Part shown: positions 19,190 through 28,544 of the stretch, piece after piece | How the letters are laid out: every line of letters begins with the position of its first letter | Numbering within the stretch: the first letter of the stretch is position 1 | From: a virus | Taxonomy: Duplodnaviria > Caudoviricetes | Reading direction: 5' to 3' (one strand) | Length of the DNA: 64,000 bases | IMG/VR virus record: IMGVR_UViG_3300033075_001053 | Coordinates: 11,497 to 75,496 of that record | Made by a program: the position numbers and the translations under genes | The notes under the pieces: generated by a model | The model's database searches: none | Told to the model about the DNA's origin: nothing | The model's input: only the letters and a program-made list of their open reading frames with translations

Positions 19190-19786
19190 ATGCCTCCACG
19201 TAAAAAGTCGGTAGCTGAACAAATGCTTCAGCCAGATCCGGTGCTCCTCAATCCTGAGCACTATGACGACGCCCTAACCTATACTTCCGAAAAGTCCGTT
19301 GTTGCAAAAGAGGCGGTCGCAACTGCGGAGTATTCGAATCTGATTGAGAAGGGCGACAAGATTTTGACAGAGTCGGTGTTGGACGCCGATGATGATGCAG
19401 CCAAGCTGTATGAGCTTGAAGAAAAGATGCGAGCATCTGATCGCTCGGTTACGTTTGTCTCGGCCAACCGCGGTCTTCACGTAATGGCAGAGATCATACG
19501 CCGCAATCACAGAAACGAAGTTGTGCGTGTCAGTAAGGTCATTGAGTTCAGAGGTGGTCTTGCCACAATTACTGATCCCTATGAAATTACTGCGATGCGA
19601 AAGCACAAGTCATTTGGTGGTGATGGTTCGAAAGACCCTGATGTATCTCCCAACGGGGGAGAGCCGCTGTTCTGGGAGAATGCTTTCCCGAAGTGGAAGG
19701 CAGAGATGATCAAGCAGCACGAGGCTCAACTTCGATCAACCCGATGGGAGCCGCCGGAATACGATAGTATTTCAGCTACGGTGTAG
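19190..19786 (+). CDS. Hypothetical protein (198 aa)
   Basis: TFVSAN...IEFRGGLATITDP...MRKHKSF pattern often found in genes following podovirus MCPs. Confidence 0.6.
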   Translation: MPPRKKSVAEQMLQPDPVLLNPEHYDDALTYTSEKSVVAKEAVATAEYSNLIEKGDKILTESVLDADDDAAKLYELEEKMRASDRSVTFVSANRGLHVMAEIIRRNHRNEVVRVSKVIEFRGGLATITDPYEITAMRKHKSFGGDGSKDPDVSPNGGEPLFWENAFPKWKAEMIKQHEAQLRSTRWEPPEYDSISATV

Positions 19787-19809
19787 TGTTGCAGTACTCT
19801 GTAACAATA

Positions 19810-19835
19810 AGGGCTGCTAAAAGGTGGCCTTTTTT
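19810..19835 (+). terminator. Rho-independent terminator
   Basis: GGCTGC/GTGGCC stem with G-U pairs followed by a T6 run. Confidence 0.6.
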
Positions 19836-19855
19836 ATTATAGAAAAGGAGGAGGC

Positions 19856-20122
19856 ATGTCGGAGCTTATTACGCCATTGGCGCAATACGGAGCACTTGGG
19901 ATACTGTCTGGGATACTGGTGTTCTTTTTGATTAAGATTGACAAGAATCACCGTGAGGACAGAAAAGAAGCGATGTTGATGGTGCAAAAGCAATATGAAA
20001 AGATGAACGAGAATCAAGAGTCACACCACAAGTTGCTCAAAGAAATGGATGAACGGCGCCATAAAGAAACGCTGGATTTGACGGAGGTGCTGTCAGACAT
20101 TAAACACTTGATACGACAATGA
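19856..20122 (+). CDS. Putative holin/antiholin (N-terminal TM plus coiled coil)
   Basis: QYGALGILSGILVFFLI transmembrane segment; first gene of the lysis cluster; strong AGGAGG site. Confidence 0.55.
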   Translation: MSELITPLAQYGALGILSGILVFFLIKIDKNHREDRKEAMLMVQKQYEKMNENQESHHKLLKEMDERRHKETLDLTEVLSDIKHLIRQ

Positions 20123-20403
20123 GCTATGTTTTTGCAATTGGTATTTACGGCGTGTTGTTCGTCTGTTCGTGTTTTTTGACTTATGGGTTTTGGAAGTCAA
20201 AGAACGGTCATTTGCGGAAGCTTTTGATTGCGCTCTTTGCTTCAACGGCTTGGCGATGCTTTGTAGAGTTCACTCAGTACTTCTGGCTTATGCAGGGCCG
20301 TCAACTCTTGGACTGGAATACGCACAGAATTCTTGCGAATGTTCCGCTTGTAGTTACCATGTTCATTTTTTTAGTCTACGTATTGGAGAGAGACAATGAA
20401 TGA
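20119..20403 (+). CDS. Small multi-pass membrane protein (holin candidate)
   Basis: 94 aa with three hydrophobic segments. Confidence 0.5.
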   Translation: MSYVFAIGIYGVLFVCSCFLTYGFWKSKNGHLRKLLIALFASTAWRCFVEFTQYFWLMQGRQLLDWNTHRILANVPLVVTMFIFLVYVLERDNE

Positions 20404-20716
20404 AACAGACTTCGAGTACGGGCATCATGTTCTCATTAATGTGGTTTTGTCGTTTCTTGCAGTGGTTGTGGTGGATATGAACCATTGGATCAACTATCAG
20501 TTTGTGTCGATCATGTGGTTCATCCCGTCATTTGGGATGACGATGCTTTGGTATGTAGACAAATACATTCTTAAAAGCTCAAACACCTATGTTGAAATCG
20601 TTGTCAACAGGAATGTGGCCTATGCTATCTGGATGCTTTGCTTCACGCTTCTTATTGTCATTGGGGTTGCTGCTGCTTTCATGCTCTATTTCAGCCTCAA
20701 GACAGGAAGTGCCTAA
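20396..20716 (+). CDS. Small multi-pass membrane protein (holin candidate)
   Basis: 106 aa with three hydrophobic segments, directly upstream of the endolysin. Confidence 0.5.
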   Translation: MNETDFEYGHHVLINVVLSFLAVVVVDMNHWINYQFVSIMWFIPSFGMTMLWYVDKYILKSSNTYVEIVVNRNVAYAIWMLCFTLLIVIGVAAAFMLYFSLKTGSA

Positions 20717-21188
20717 GCACTTGTGGATCATGCGTGGATGGGTTGGCTTGCGGGAGCACGGGCAGAACAGAGGCTACCCATTCGACGAATCCAATAAGTT
20801 CGTCGGCAACCCTCCGGGGGCGCCGTGCTGCGCTTCCGTTGGATCGAGAGCTTTGTACCTCGGCGGGCGGTTAAAGCCGAAGTCGGGACTGGCTCGGAAC
20901 ATGCGGACGCAGGAAACTTTTTCAGCATGGGATGTCATCAATGGGCGCAAGGAAATTTATGAGGGTGACGGACTTATCTGGCAGAAGGGCAAAACAGTTT
21001 TTGGGCACTTTGGATTCGCCGATGAACATTGGAAGAGATTTTCCGGGCGGACGGTTGAGGCCAATACTTCATCTGGAACAAGAGGCAGTCAATCGAATGG
21101 AGATGGAATTTATCGTAGGACGAGAGCGATTTCCCCTACGGCGTATTTCAGAATTGTAGCGGTAACGCCACTGCATGAAAAACATTAA
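20709..21188 (+). CDS. Endolysin, CHAP/NlpC-like cysteine amidase/peptidase
   Basis: VGLRE..QNRG, APCCAS (catalytic Cys; usual form PWCA), GHFG (catalytic His), TVEANTS. Confidence 0.75.
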   Translation: MPKHLWIMRGWVGLREHGQNRGYPFDESNKFVGNPPGAPCCASVGSRALYLGGRLKPKSGLARNMRTQETFSAWDVINGRKEIYEGDGLIWQKGKTVFGHFGFADEHWKRFSGRTVEANTSSGTRGSQSNGDGIYRRTRAISPTAYFRIVAVTPLHEKH

Positions 21189-21486
21189 TCGAGATACCGC
21201 CCTTCTAATAGTCGTTGCAATGGCGTTTACCTTTGCTATGTCGTCATGGTTGCAGAACTGCAAGCAAGACGAGATGGGAGTTGAGCTGGCAATGCTGCAA
21301 AGATCCATTGAGATTCGTGACAGCGTTCACGCGGAGAACCGTCGGCAGGATTCGATCTTGATTGACTCTATCAAGAACATCAAAGCGGCGGCGACCTACT
21401 ACCGCGAGAAGCAACGTCATCCGAAAGTTGACTCAGTAAGAAGTGGTGCAAAGAAGATTCTCATTGATATGTTTATCCCGCAATGA
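21175..21486 (+). CDS. Putative inner-membrane spanin-like protein
   Basis: N-terminal TM (ALLIVVAMAFTFAMSSWL) plus coiled coil, right after the endolysin. Confidence 0.5.
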   Translation: MKNINRDTALLIVVAMAFTFAMSSWLQNCKQDEMGVELAMLQRSIEIRDSVHAENRRQDSILIDSIKNIKAAATYYREKQRHPKVDSVRSGAKKILIDMFIPQ

Positions 21487-21833
21487 AGTATCTGGTTATC
21501 ATATTGGCTCTGTCCTTCTCTGCACTGGCGCAGGATACGTGCTTTACCAAAGCGCAGCTTGACGCAATCGCAACCGGGGCGCTGGCTCTTAAGTGGAAGT
21601 ATACCTACTGTGACTCGGCCAGCGTGAAGGACAGTATCACAATTGCTCTGCAGGACTCGTTGCTCAAAAAGCGACTTGATGACATTAAACTTCTCGAGCA
21701 ACAAAGGGTGGATGAGGCCAAAGCTCATGCCATCATTGTCAAGAAGTTAGAGGCGCAGCGTAGTACGTTCTGGGATAAGCTCCTATATGCCTTGGCCGGA
21801 TTCGGTGCAGGGTATATTATTATTCACAAATAG
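21483..21833 (+). CDS. Exported coiled-coil protein with C-terminal TM anchor (spanin-like)
   Basis: Signal peptide MKYLVIILALSFSALAQ with no lipobox Cys; C-terminal LLYALAGFGAGYIII. Confidence 0.5.
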   Translation: MKYLVIILALSFSALAQDTCFTKAQLDAIATGALALKWKYTYCDSASVKDSITIALQDSLLKKRLDDIKLLEQQRVDEAKAHAIIVKKLEAQRSTFWDKLLYALAGFGAGYIIIHK

Positions 21834-21841
21834 GGAGAGTT

Positions 21842-22390
21842 ATGAAGTATTTGGCCATGCTATTGTGTTGTGTTACACTTAGCGCACAAGGAAAGGCTAT
21901 TACCGAGCTTGGGATTACCTTTCCAATTAAAAGCAGCGTGATCAAGAACTACGTTTCGACTAACGGGGTCAGCGCACTTCCACTGACCTCAGGATATTCG
22001 AGTGGAGTGGAGATTGGCCGGCACGGCGTCATCTCAAATCAGGCGACGGTTGGTGTCTTGGCCAATGCCAATATGTTCCTTGCCTCTGACTCTACGTGGA
22101 TGAATCAGATATATCAATTGGATGTCTTCTTGACCGGTAGACTGTACTTCGATGAATCCTGGAGGGGAGGCGTTTACGCAGAACTTGGCGCAGGCCCGGA
22201 GTTTTCTGCAGCGAAATTCAAAGGTGCTCCACTTGTGTATCAGATCAACATTGGAGCCCGGTTTGGTGTAGGATATAATTACAAATTCACAGATGATGTA
22301 ACAATAGGAATCGCGCTTGTGGCCGCCCCATCTCTGACCATGTCTGATTTCATGGATGGAGTGAAGGTGAGAGCAAGTATGCTTTGGTAG
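21842..22390 (+). CDS. Outer-membrane beta-barrel protein (about 8 strands; OmpA/Ail/Lom-like fold)
   Basis: Signal peptide, alternating amphipathic strands (VFLTGRLYF, VYAELGAG, ARFGVGYNYKF, VTIGIAL) and terminal aromatic residue (VKVRASMLW). Confidence 0.7.
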   Translation: MKYLAMLLCCVTLSAQGKAITELGITFPIKSSVIKNYVSTNGVSALPLTSGYSSGVEIGRHGVISNQATVGVLANANMFLASDSTWMNQIYQLDVFLTGRLYFDESWRGGVYAELGAGPEFSAAKFKGAPLVYQINIGARFGVGYNYKFTDDVTIGIALVAAPSLTMSDFMDGVKVRASMLW

Positions 22391-22415
22391 TCATACCCGC
22401 TACAAGGTATGGTCC

Positions 22416-22455
22416 GCCGCACTGAGCATGGTTCCTGTAAGGTGCGGCAATTTTT
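22416..22455 (+). terminator. Putative terminator after the OMP gene
   Basis: GCCGCAC (22416-22422)/GTGCGGC (22442-22448) followed by AATTTTT. Confidence 0.45.
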
Positions 22456-22458
22456 ACA

Positions 22459-22854
22459 ATGAAACACTTCAACGCCACAGCCGACACAACAATAAGCACT
22501 GGATCCGGTGTTCTACTTGGCCGTCGCTGGGCGCCCCCCGGATACATTATTCCTACCGCTGCCGGGGTTGTCAATGATGATTACACAGAAATCCGAATCG
22601 AGTCCGAAAACGGTCTTGATTGGGAGGTGACGGAGACCAGTATTACAGTCTCCGGTAGCGACGTGTACTACAATCGTGATGGTGATTTCATTACCTCTTC
22701 GACCGGTGATCGGATTAACTTTCGAGCGGGGACGAAGAAGATCATTTTTACTATCAGTGAGAAGTGGCTGAACAAGCCCGATTGGGATGATATCCTTCTT
22801 GATTCGAACGGAAACATTCTGATTGACTCTAACGAACTAATCCTTACCCGGTAA
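22459..22854 (+). CDS. Hypothetical virion protein (131 aa)
   Basis: Beta-rich; C-terminal DILLDSNGNILID motif. Confidence 0.55.
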   Translation: MKHFNATADTTISTGSGVLLGRRWAPPGYIIPTAAGVVNDDYTEIRIESENGLDWEVTETSITVSGSDVYYNRDGDFITSSTGDRINFRAGTKKIIFTISEKWLNKPDWDDILLDSNGNILIDSNELILTR

Positions 22855-24758
22855 TGCTACACGTTGTCTTTGAAACTGACGCCCCAACCACTGCCCCGAC
22901 CGAGATCGGGCAGCACTGGTTTGATGTAACAAACAAGAAGTCGTACATATCCGTTGGGACGGACGACGTGGACGACTGGAAGGAAACGACAAGCTCCGGA
23001 ATTACCGGATCCGAATATACTGGCAGCAATCTTGGTTCAGGTGTGGCCGTGTTCGCACAGTTAGATGGGACAGACTTTCAGTTTAGAACCATTGAGGCCG
23101 GGCCGAATATTGGAATTGAAGTTGTTGGCGACACGATTCTTATTTCTGGGACGGCGTCGGTTTCTGGAACGGTCTCTGGGACAGGGTCGGACGTAGGAGC
23201 GCTTGGAGTATTTGGTAACAACCCCTCATCAGAAGTCACAGCAGAGGGATGGGTAAAGGCAGACGGCAGCACGGTTGATGGGTCTCTATATCCCGATGCC
23301 GTTCGGCGCAGAGTTCTGACGATGTTAGACAGCGGAAGATGGGCGGCTAATCTTGCGACGACGACGTATGACTTGAATCGAGATAGATTTATTGCGTGCG
23401 ATTATCAAGAGAAGTTAGCTTATAGTGATGATCGCGGTCAGACATGGACTCTGCTTAATGAAGGTACTGTATACCTAAACGGGTTTAAGGTTATTGTTCT
23501 TCCGAATGGAGATTACCTTGCGGTTGGCTTCTCGGTTGAAGGTGACGGGAGATGCGCTATGTACTCTCTCGACGGAGGGGATAGCTGGTCGGAATGTGCG
23601 GCCTTTGATCCCACGGTTTATTTCCTTTCTTACCCTTCAAGTCATGTTATTATTGGTGACCAGCTTCTTGTTTGTGGTGTAGAGGGTAATATGGCCCGTG
23701 TTTTTTATTATGATATATCCGGGGGAGACTATACTGGAGCATGGACAAGTATAGCTTTGCCTGACTTCCCAAATGCACTTGCCGGACAGGCCAATGTTAT
23801 TTTATACGATGTTACTCATGCCAGGCTCATGGCTATAGGTCGAACCAACAGGAATTCTGGGGCATATTGGACCGCGCCAATCTCCGATATTACGGCATGG
23901 ACAGCAGGCGACGATCCGTTAATTCAAGGAACTCCAGCAACTATTACGGTAAGTTGTACTGATAATTTTGTAGATGGAGAATCAATACAACTTTGGAATC
24001 CTCTTACGTTTATGGATTCACCGTCGGATCCGTTCCATGTTCAAATAGGAGCAACGCTCGAGGATACGCTAAATAATCTTGCCGCAATGATTCAAGACGG
24101 GATACTATATGACAGTGGATTTTATACATCAACACACGACGCGACTTCAATAACGCTTGAGACGTGGAACGCCAGTTATGCTGAATCATATACAGGCATT
24201 ACGGTCAATGCTGCAAACGCTACGGCAGGTCCAACTGTTGGTGGATCGGGTCCTTATGAGTTATATGATGCAGTATTTGACTTGAACCAGGGAGCAATTG
24301 TTATTACAAATCTTAGATACAATCAAGCTCAAGATCGTAATTGGCTTGTAGTATATTATTCTACAGGATCAAGCTTTTCCTCTGTAGAAACACCGCAACT
24401 GATAGATGAGAATTATAGAGACAATGGCTTCTGGCTGGTTGATGGAAGATATTACTTTCGACTTAGAGACAATTCTGATTTGTTCCTAAAATTGACAAGT
24501 ACAACTTTTGGGAATTTTGATAACTGGACCGTTCATGATTTTGACTTTTTTAGTTATGCAGACCCAGATGCCGTTGACTCAGCTTATCCCATATCGCTCA
24601 TGAACACAGGATTAGAAAAGTATTTTTACGCATCTTATGGTAAGGGATTTGTTGCCGAGGATCTAACAGGATCATTCGAAGTGTTGCCTCATATTGGAGT
24701 GCCAGCAACGTATGGAGTCCCTAATATGGGCGGTAATTTTTACATTAAACTACTCTAA
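22854..24758 (+). CDS. Receptor-binding/tail appendage protein with BNR/Asp-box beta-propeller-like region
   Basis: Asp-box motifs YSDDRGQTW and YSLDGGDSW; N-terminal module shared with the next two genes. Confidence 0.7.
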   Translation: MLHVVFETDAPTTAPTEIGQHWFDVTNKKSYISVGTDDVDDWKETTSSGITGSEYTGSNLGSGVAVFAQLDGTDFQFRTIEAGPNIGIEVVGDTILISGTASVSGTVSGTGSDVGALGVFGNNPSSEVTAEGWVKADGSTVDGSLYPDAVRRRVLTMLDSGRWAANLATTTYDLNRDRFIACDYQEKLAYSDDRGQTWTLLNEGTVYLNGFKVIVLPNGDYLAVGFSVEGDGRCAMYSLDGGDSWSECAAFDPTVYFLSYPSSHVIIGDQLLVCGVEGNMARVFYYDISGGDYTGAWTSIALPDFPNALAGQANVILYDVTHARLMAIGRTNRNSGAYWTAPISDITAWTAGDDPLIQGTPATITVSCTDNFVDGESIQLWNPLTFMDSPSDPFHVQIGATLEDTLNNLAAMIQDGILYDSGFYTSTHDATSITLETWNASYAESYTGITVNAANATAGPTVGGSGPYELYDAVFDLNQGAIVITNLRYNQAQDRNWLVVYYSTGSSFSSVETPQLIDENYRDNGFWLVDGRYYFRLRDNSDLFLKLTSTTFGNFDNWTVHDFDFFSYADPDAVDSAYPISLMNTGLEKYFYASYGKGFVAEDLTGSFEVLPHIGVPATYGVPNMGGNFYIKLL

Positions 24759-25009
24759 TGGTACACGTCAAATACGCAACAGCACCGCCGACAACGGCTC
24801 CTCTTAGAGCTGGTCAGCACTACATTGATACAGTCAATAAAGTCAACTATCTCTCAATCGGAACATCTTCGGTTGATGATTGGGTTGAAGTCGGGTCAAG
24901 TTCGATCTCAAATATGTCTGAGATCAAAGCAGCAGTTATTAATAGTATTCTTACCGACGGGACGGACGTCTTGGTCGGAGAGGATGGAAATGTAATCTAC
25001 GAGGACTAA
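24758..25009 (+). CDS. Small adaptor-like protein made of the shared N-terminal module (83 aa)
   Basis: PTTAPLRAGQHYIDTVNKVNYLSIGTSSVDDW plus C-terminal ILTDGTDVLVGEDGNVIY. Confidence 0.6.
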   Translation: MVHVKYATAPPTTAPLRAGQHYIDTVNKVNYLSIGTSSVDDWVEVGSSSISNMSEIKAAVINSILTDGTDVLVGEDGNVIYED

Positions 25010-25010
25010 C

Positions 25011-27032
25011 ATGGCACAGCATACCTTTTCGGCATCTGGCGTTCCGAGTTCGGCGCCGTCAAAAGTAAATCAGCACTACTGTAACCTGACAACGGGCGAC
25101 CTGTATATTTCCAAAGGAACGTCCAGCGTGGACGATTGGGTGTTGCTTGGCGAAAGCGTTCCGGGCTCCGGGCTTGCTATAGTCCAGCAGACGAACGCCG
25201 ACTGGCAGTCGGATATGACAGTGTACGATCTTGGTACACTTATGGTCGATACCGACAATCCTACGGCGCTGAAGTTCGCCGATGGAGTGATGGTTTACAC
25301 AGATATCACTTTTATCAATCACCCGTTTAACCAGATACCCGGTGGGATTGCTGGAGACTTTTACGATTATCCTGCGAACGATCAGATTCACATTCGCCTT
25401 CGTTCGGATACGGCGGCAAATTGGACGTCAGAGAATCCAACTCTGATGTTGGGAGAGGTTGGGGTTGAGACTGATACTTTGAAGGCAAAGTTCGGCGATG
25501 ATACTACTCCGTGGAACTCTCTTGGCTATTGGTATGATCCAACGGTAACGGCAAGCGGGGCGCTTTTAGCCGCAAACAATCTTTCTGACCTTGATGACCC
25601 GGCCACGGCCAGAACAAACCTTGGTCTCGGTGATGTGGCTGAGATTAACAGAGGTGGGTCGAGCACGAGTCTTTACCTGCGCCAGGATGGTACGTGGTTC
25701 ACTCCGGCCACTGATGTCGGAGGAGTGGCGTGGGGAGCGATCAGCGGAACGATTGGTGATCAGACGGATCTTATTGCGGCAATTGCAGCCGCCGGTACAA
25801 ACCCAGCGAAGTACTTTTTGATGAGTGCTTATGCTACCAGCGGTACCGGTACTCAAGGAGACCCGTACACTGGTTGGGAATCAGTTATCGACAATACTAC
25901 CTCAGGCAACTACAACCATTATCACTTCGATGAAGGAATGTGGTTCCGCACCGATGTAGGCATCGAGCTCGGTCAGACAACCCGTGGTGTTCACATTAGC
26001 GGTCGTGGAAGAATTGTGTACGAAGGCGTGTCAAATGTGCCGGTGCTATCCTTCCACAATGTAGGCGGATCAACGGACGCCGATTGGTCAGAGTTCAACA
26101 TCATCGAACAGGTAATCCTTGACGGTGGTGATAACGCAAGTCACGGATTCTACGCTACGCAATTCCACAGAAACCTCCTTCGCGATGTAGTTGTCGTCAA
26201 TGCACCGATTGGGTTCTATACAAGTTGGGCTGTGTGTGCCTATCACATTGGCCCGGCGTGTTCGCACGGATACGAAGTATCAAGTCGTCAGGATATTGTC
26301 ACGGGTATGTACCTTGATGGAGCATCAAACTCGGCGGTAATCATCAATCCGTTTATGGAGTCAACGACCGGTACTGCAATTTCTATTAACAATACCAATA
26401 ATATTTCCATTATTGGCGGAAGTTTAGAAAATGGGAATGTTGGGTTGGCCACTTCAAACTCCAAGTGGATTACCTTGATGAATCAAGACGACGAGGTAAA
26501 TGGTGGGGGCGATGTTCAGGTTGGCGGCAGTTGTGATTATATTGTAATTCAGAATTGTCAACTCCAGGACGGCGTCCGGTTCCAGAGTGGTAGCAACAAT
26601 AAGATTGTTGATAGCAATATATGGGGCACACTTACGATTGACAGTGGGGTTACGGTGGTCAGTGATAACTCGGTTATTGCGACACTTTCAAACTCTGGTA
26701 CATTTATTGACCGCGATCAAGGAAATATCCGAATTAATACCCAGACCTCGGACTATACACTTGTCGCTGCCGATGCCGGAAAGATGGTGTTGATTTCATC
26801 AAGTTCCCCACATGCGCTTACTGTTCCTCCGAATTCATCTGTCGCCTTCTTAATTGGAACTGCGATAGACGTAGCTCAAACCGGGACCGGAGCAGTGACC
26901 TTAACGCCGGGGTCAGGGGTTACGATTAATTCAGCCTCAGGGAATCTTGTTACCAATGGTCAGTATACTGCTTGCACGCTCTACAAAACTGGAACAAATA
27001 CATGGCTTGCGGTAGGAAACTTAACAACCTAA
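25011..27032 (+). CDS. Tailspike: Mtd_N/hyaluronidase-N-like domains, right-handed beta-helix (pectin-lyase-like), small C-terminal domain
   Basis: IRLRSDTAANWTSENPTLMLGEVGVETDTLKAKFGDDTTPWNSLGY; Asn/Ile ladder beta-helix; C-terminal TSDYTLVAADAGKMV...VAQTGTGAVTL. Confidence 0.8.
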   Translation: MAQHTFSASGVPSSAPSKVNQHYCNLTTGDLYISKGTSSVDDWVLLGESVPGSGLAIVQQTNADWQSDMTVYDLGTLMVDTDNPTALKFADGVMVYTDITFINHPFNQIPGGIAGDFYDYPANDQIHIRLRSDTAANWTSENPTLMLGEVGVETDTLKAKFGDDTTPWNSLGYWYDPTVTASGALLAANNLSDLDDPATARTNLGLGDVAEINRGGSSTSLYLRQDGTWFTPATDVGGVAWGAISGTIGDQTDLIAAIAAAGTNPAKYFLMSAYATSGTGTQGDPYTGWESVIDNTTSGNYNHYHFDEGMWFRTDVGIELGQTTRGVHISGRGRIVYEGVSNVPVLSFHNVGGSTDADWSEFNIIEQVILDGGDNASHGFYATQFHRNLLRDVVVVNAPIGFYTSWAVCAYHIGPACSHGYEVSSRQDIVTGMYLDGASNSAVIINPFMESTTGTAISINNTNNISIIGGSLENGNVGLATSNSKWITLMNQDDEVNGGGDVQVGGSCDYIVIQNCQLQDGVRFQSGSNNKIVDSNIWGTLTIDSGVTVVSDNSVIATLSNSGTFIDRDQGNIRINTQTSDYTLVAADAGKMVLISSSSPHALTVPPNSSVAFLIGTAIDVAQTGTGAVTLTPGSGVTINSASGNLVTNGQYTACTLYKTGTNTWLAVGNLTT

Positions 27033-27036
27033 GATT

Positions 27037-27891
27037 ATGTTTAGATCAGGAATTATATCAAGTACTGGAGTTGCTGGATCGAGTGGTGGAGGTGGGTCGG
27101 ATGCTGATGCTGACGCATTTCTGGCGGCAGCAGGGATTTCCGACGCAACAATCTCCGGAGCAATAACACAGTTTTGTTTAGATCTGAAATCTGCAAGTAT
27201 TTGGACTAAGTTTGTTGCAGTGTATCCGTTTGTCGGAGGAACATCATCGACCCATAAGTACAATCTAAAAGATCCAAACGACACCGATGGTGCCTATCGT
27301 CTTACGTTCGGTGGCGGTTGGACGCACGACAGTACGGGCGTCACTCCCAATGGTACGACCGGATACGCTGATACTCATATCAACGCTTCGACAGATCTTG
27401 ACTTTCACGACGTGAGTCTTTCGGTGTACTTTGGCAGCGATACTGGTCCAGGGAATAAGTGCTGGTCTGGTATTCACGATCATGGCTTGGGTGACCCAGG
27501 TTGGCAACACATGGGCCATGTTGATTACTTTGGCGGAAGTAAGTACTTGGCCGATACTGGCGACTTTGGTTCTGCTCGACTATATGCTGATTTGACCGGT
27601 GGCACATGTGATGAACAAATGCTTACGACAAGCAAGATCGGTACCGGGGCGAGCAACCACAAGCTCTATCAGGAAGGTGTCGAAATTGGAAGTATTAGCT
27701 CTGATTCTGGCTCATTTCCGAATGATACTGTATACATCGGCTGCACTCACACAGTAGGAGCCGGGACCGAAGCAGGAACATTCGATGACAACCAGTACAA
27801 GTTCATTGCATTTGGATTGGGATTAAACGGGACAGAGGCGGGTGCACTAAGTACTGCGGTTCATGCGCTTCAGTCGACTTTAGGAAGGTAG
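27037..27891 (+). CDS. Virion-associated protein, lectin/ConA-like C-terminus (tentative)
   Basis: DADAFLAAAGISD...LKSASIWTKFVAVYPFVGG..HKYNLKDP N-terminal pattern next to fibre genes. Confidence 0.5.
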   Translation: MFRSGIISSTGVAGSSGGGGSDADADAFLAAAGISDATISGAITQFCLDLKSASIWTKFVAVYPFVGGTSSTHKYNLKDPNDTDGAYRLTFGGGWTHDSTGVTPNGTTGYADTHINASTDLDFHDVSLSVYFGSDTGPGNKCWSGIHDHGLGDPGWQHMGHVDYFGGSKYLADTGDFGSARLYADLTGGTCDEQMLTTSKIGTGASNHKLYQEGVEIGSISSDSGSFPNDTVYIGCTHTVGAGTEAGTFDDNQYKFIAFGLGLNGTEAGALSTAVHALQSTLGR

Positions 27892-27893
27892 TA

Positions 27894-28139
27894 ATGCTCG
27901 GTCATCACGGCATAGCAGTAGCAGGCATCACGAATTATCCTCTTGGCCCAACCGGAGGACGGCTTCCGGGGCTTCGCTATAAGACTCGGGAGAAGATGAT
28001 TCTCTCGGTGGCTGCAGAGCGCCGCCGGGTTCAGTTCGTGACGCGTGAGAAGCAGAAGGCAGAGGCCGCCACGGAGAGAAGAAAGGTCCGCTATAAGACA
28101 CGGGAGAAACGTGTTTCATACAGGGCTAATGTACGATAA
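27894..28139 (+). CDS. Small basic protein with three xxxTREK repeats
   Basis: RYKTREK, QFVTREK, RYKTREK at about 19-aa spacing; tightly packed between neighbours. Confidence 0.5.
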   Translation: MLGHHGIAVAGITNYPLGPTGGRLPGLRYKTREKMILSVAAERRRVQFVTREKQKAEAATERRKVRYKTREKRVSYRANVR

Positions 28140-28161
28140 CTTCTTGATGTATTTTTGAGAC

Positions 28162-28542
28162 ATGAGAGAATTAGACGACTATCCAATGCGCGAGGTGATT
28201 CGCGGAGACAGACTTGAAATCAATCTTCAGGTTGTGAAAGTCGTTGATTATGAAGAGGTTGTGCCGGACATTACAAACTACACCTTCATCTTCTCAATCA
28301 AAGAAACCATTGAAGATTCGATGTACATTTACCGGGACGTCTATGATGGTCTGGTGGTGGGAGGGATAACCCTTACGGATCCAACAAACGGGTGGATGAG
28401 AATTGTTGTTGAGGGTGGGTTAACGACATCCTGGGATCTCAAGGATTACGTCGCCGACGTGCAAATGCTTGATGATCAAGGGGATGGGCCGTACACAGTC
28501 AGAAAAGAAATCATTAGAGTCAAATCAGATATAACGAGGTAG
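28162..28542 (+). CDS. BppU N-terminal-like Ig-fold structural protein
   Basis: IRGDRLEINL...DITNYTFIFSIK...ITLTDPTNG...YVADVQM pattern. Confidence 0.55.
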   Translation: MRELDDYPMREVIRGDRLEINLQVVKVVDYEEVVPDITNYTFIFSIKETIEDSMYIYRDVYDGLVVGGITLTDPTNGWMRIVVEGGLTTSWDLKDYVADVQMLDDQGDGPYTVRKEIIRVKSDITR

Positions 28543-28544
28543 CC

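Noticed and set aside
25200-25540. Mtd_N-like domains suggesting a diversity-generating retroelement
   Set aside because: No reverse transcriptase, Avd or template/variable repeat pair with adenine-specific mismatches was seen in the window; the domain is common in ordinary fibres.
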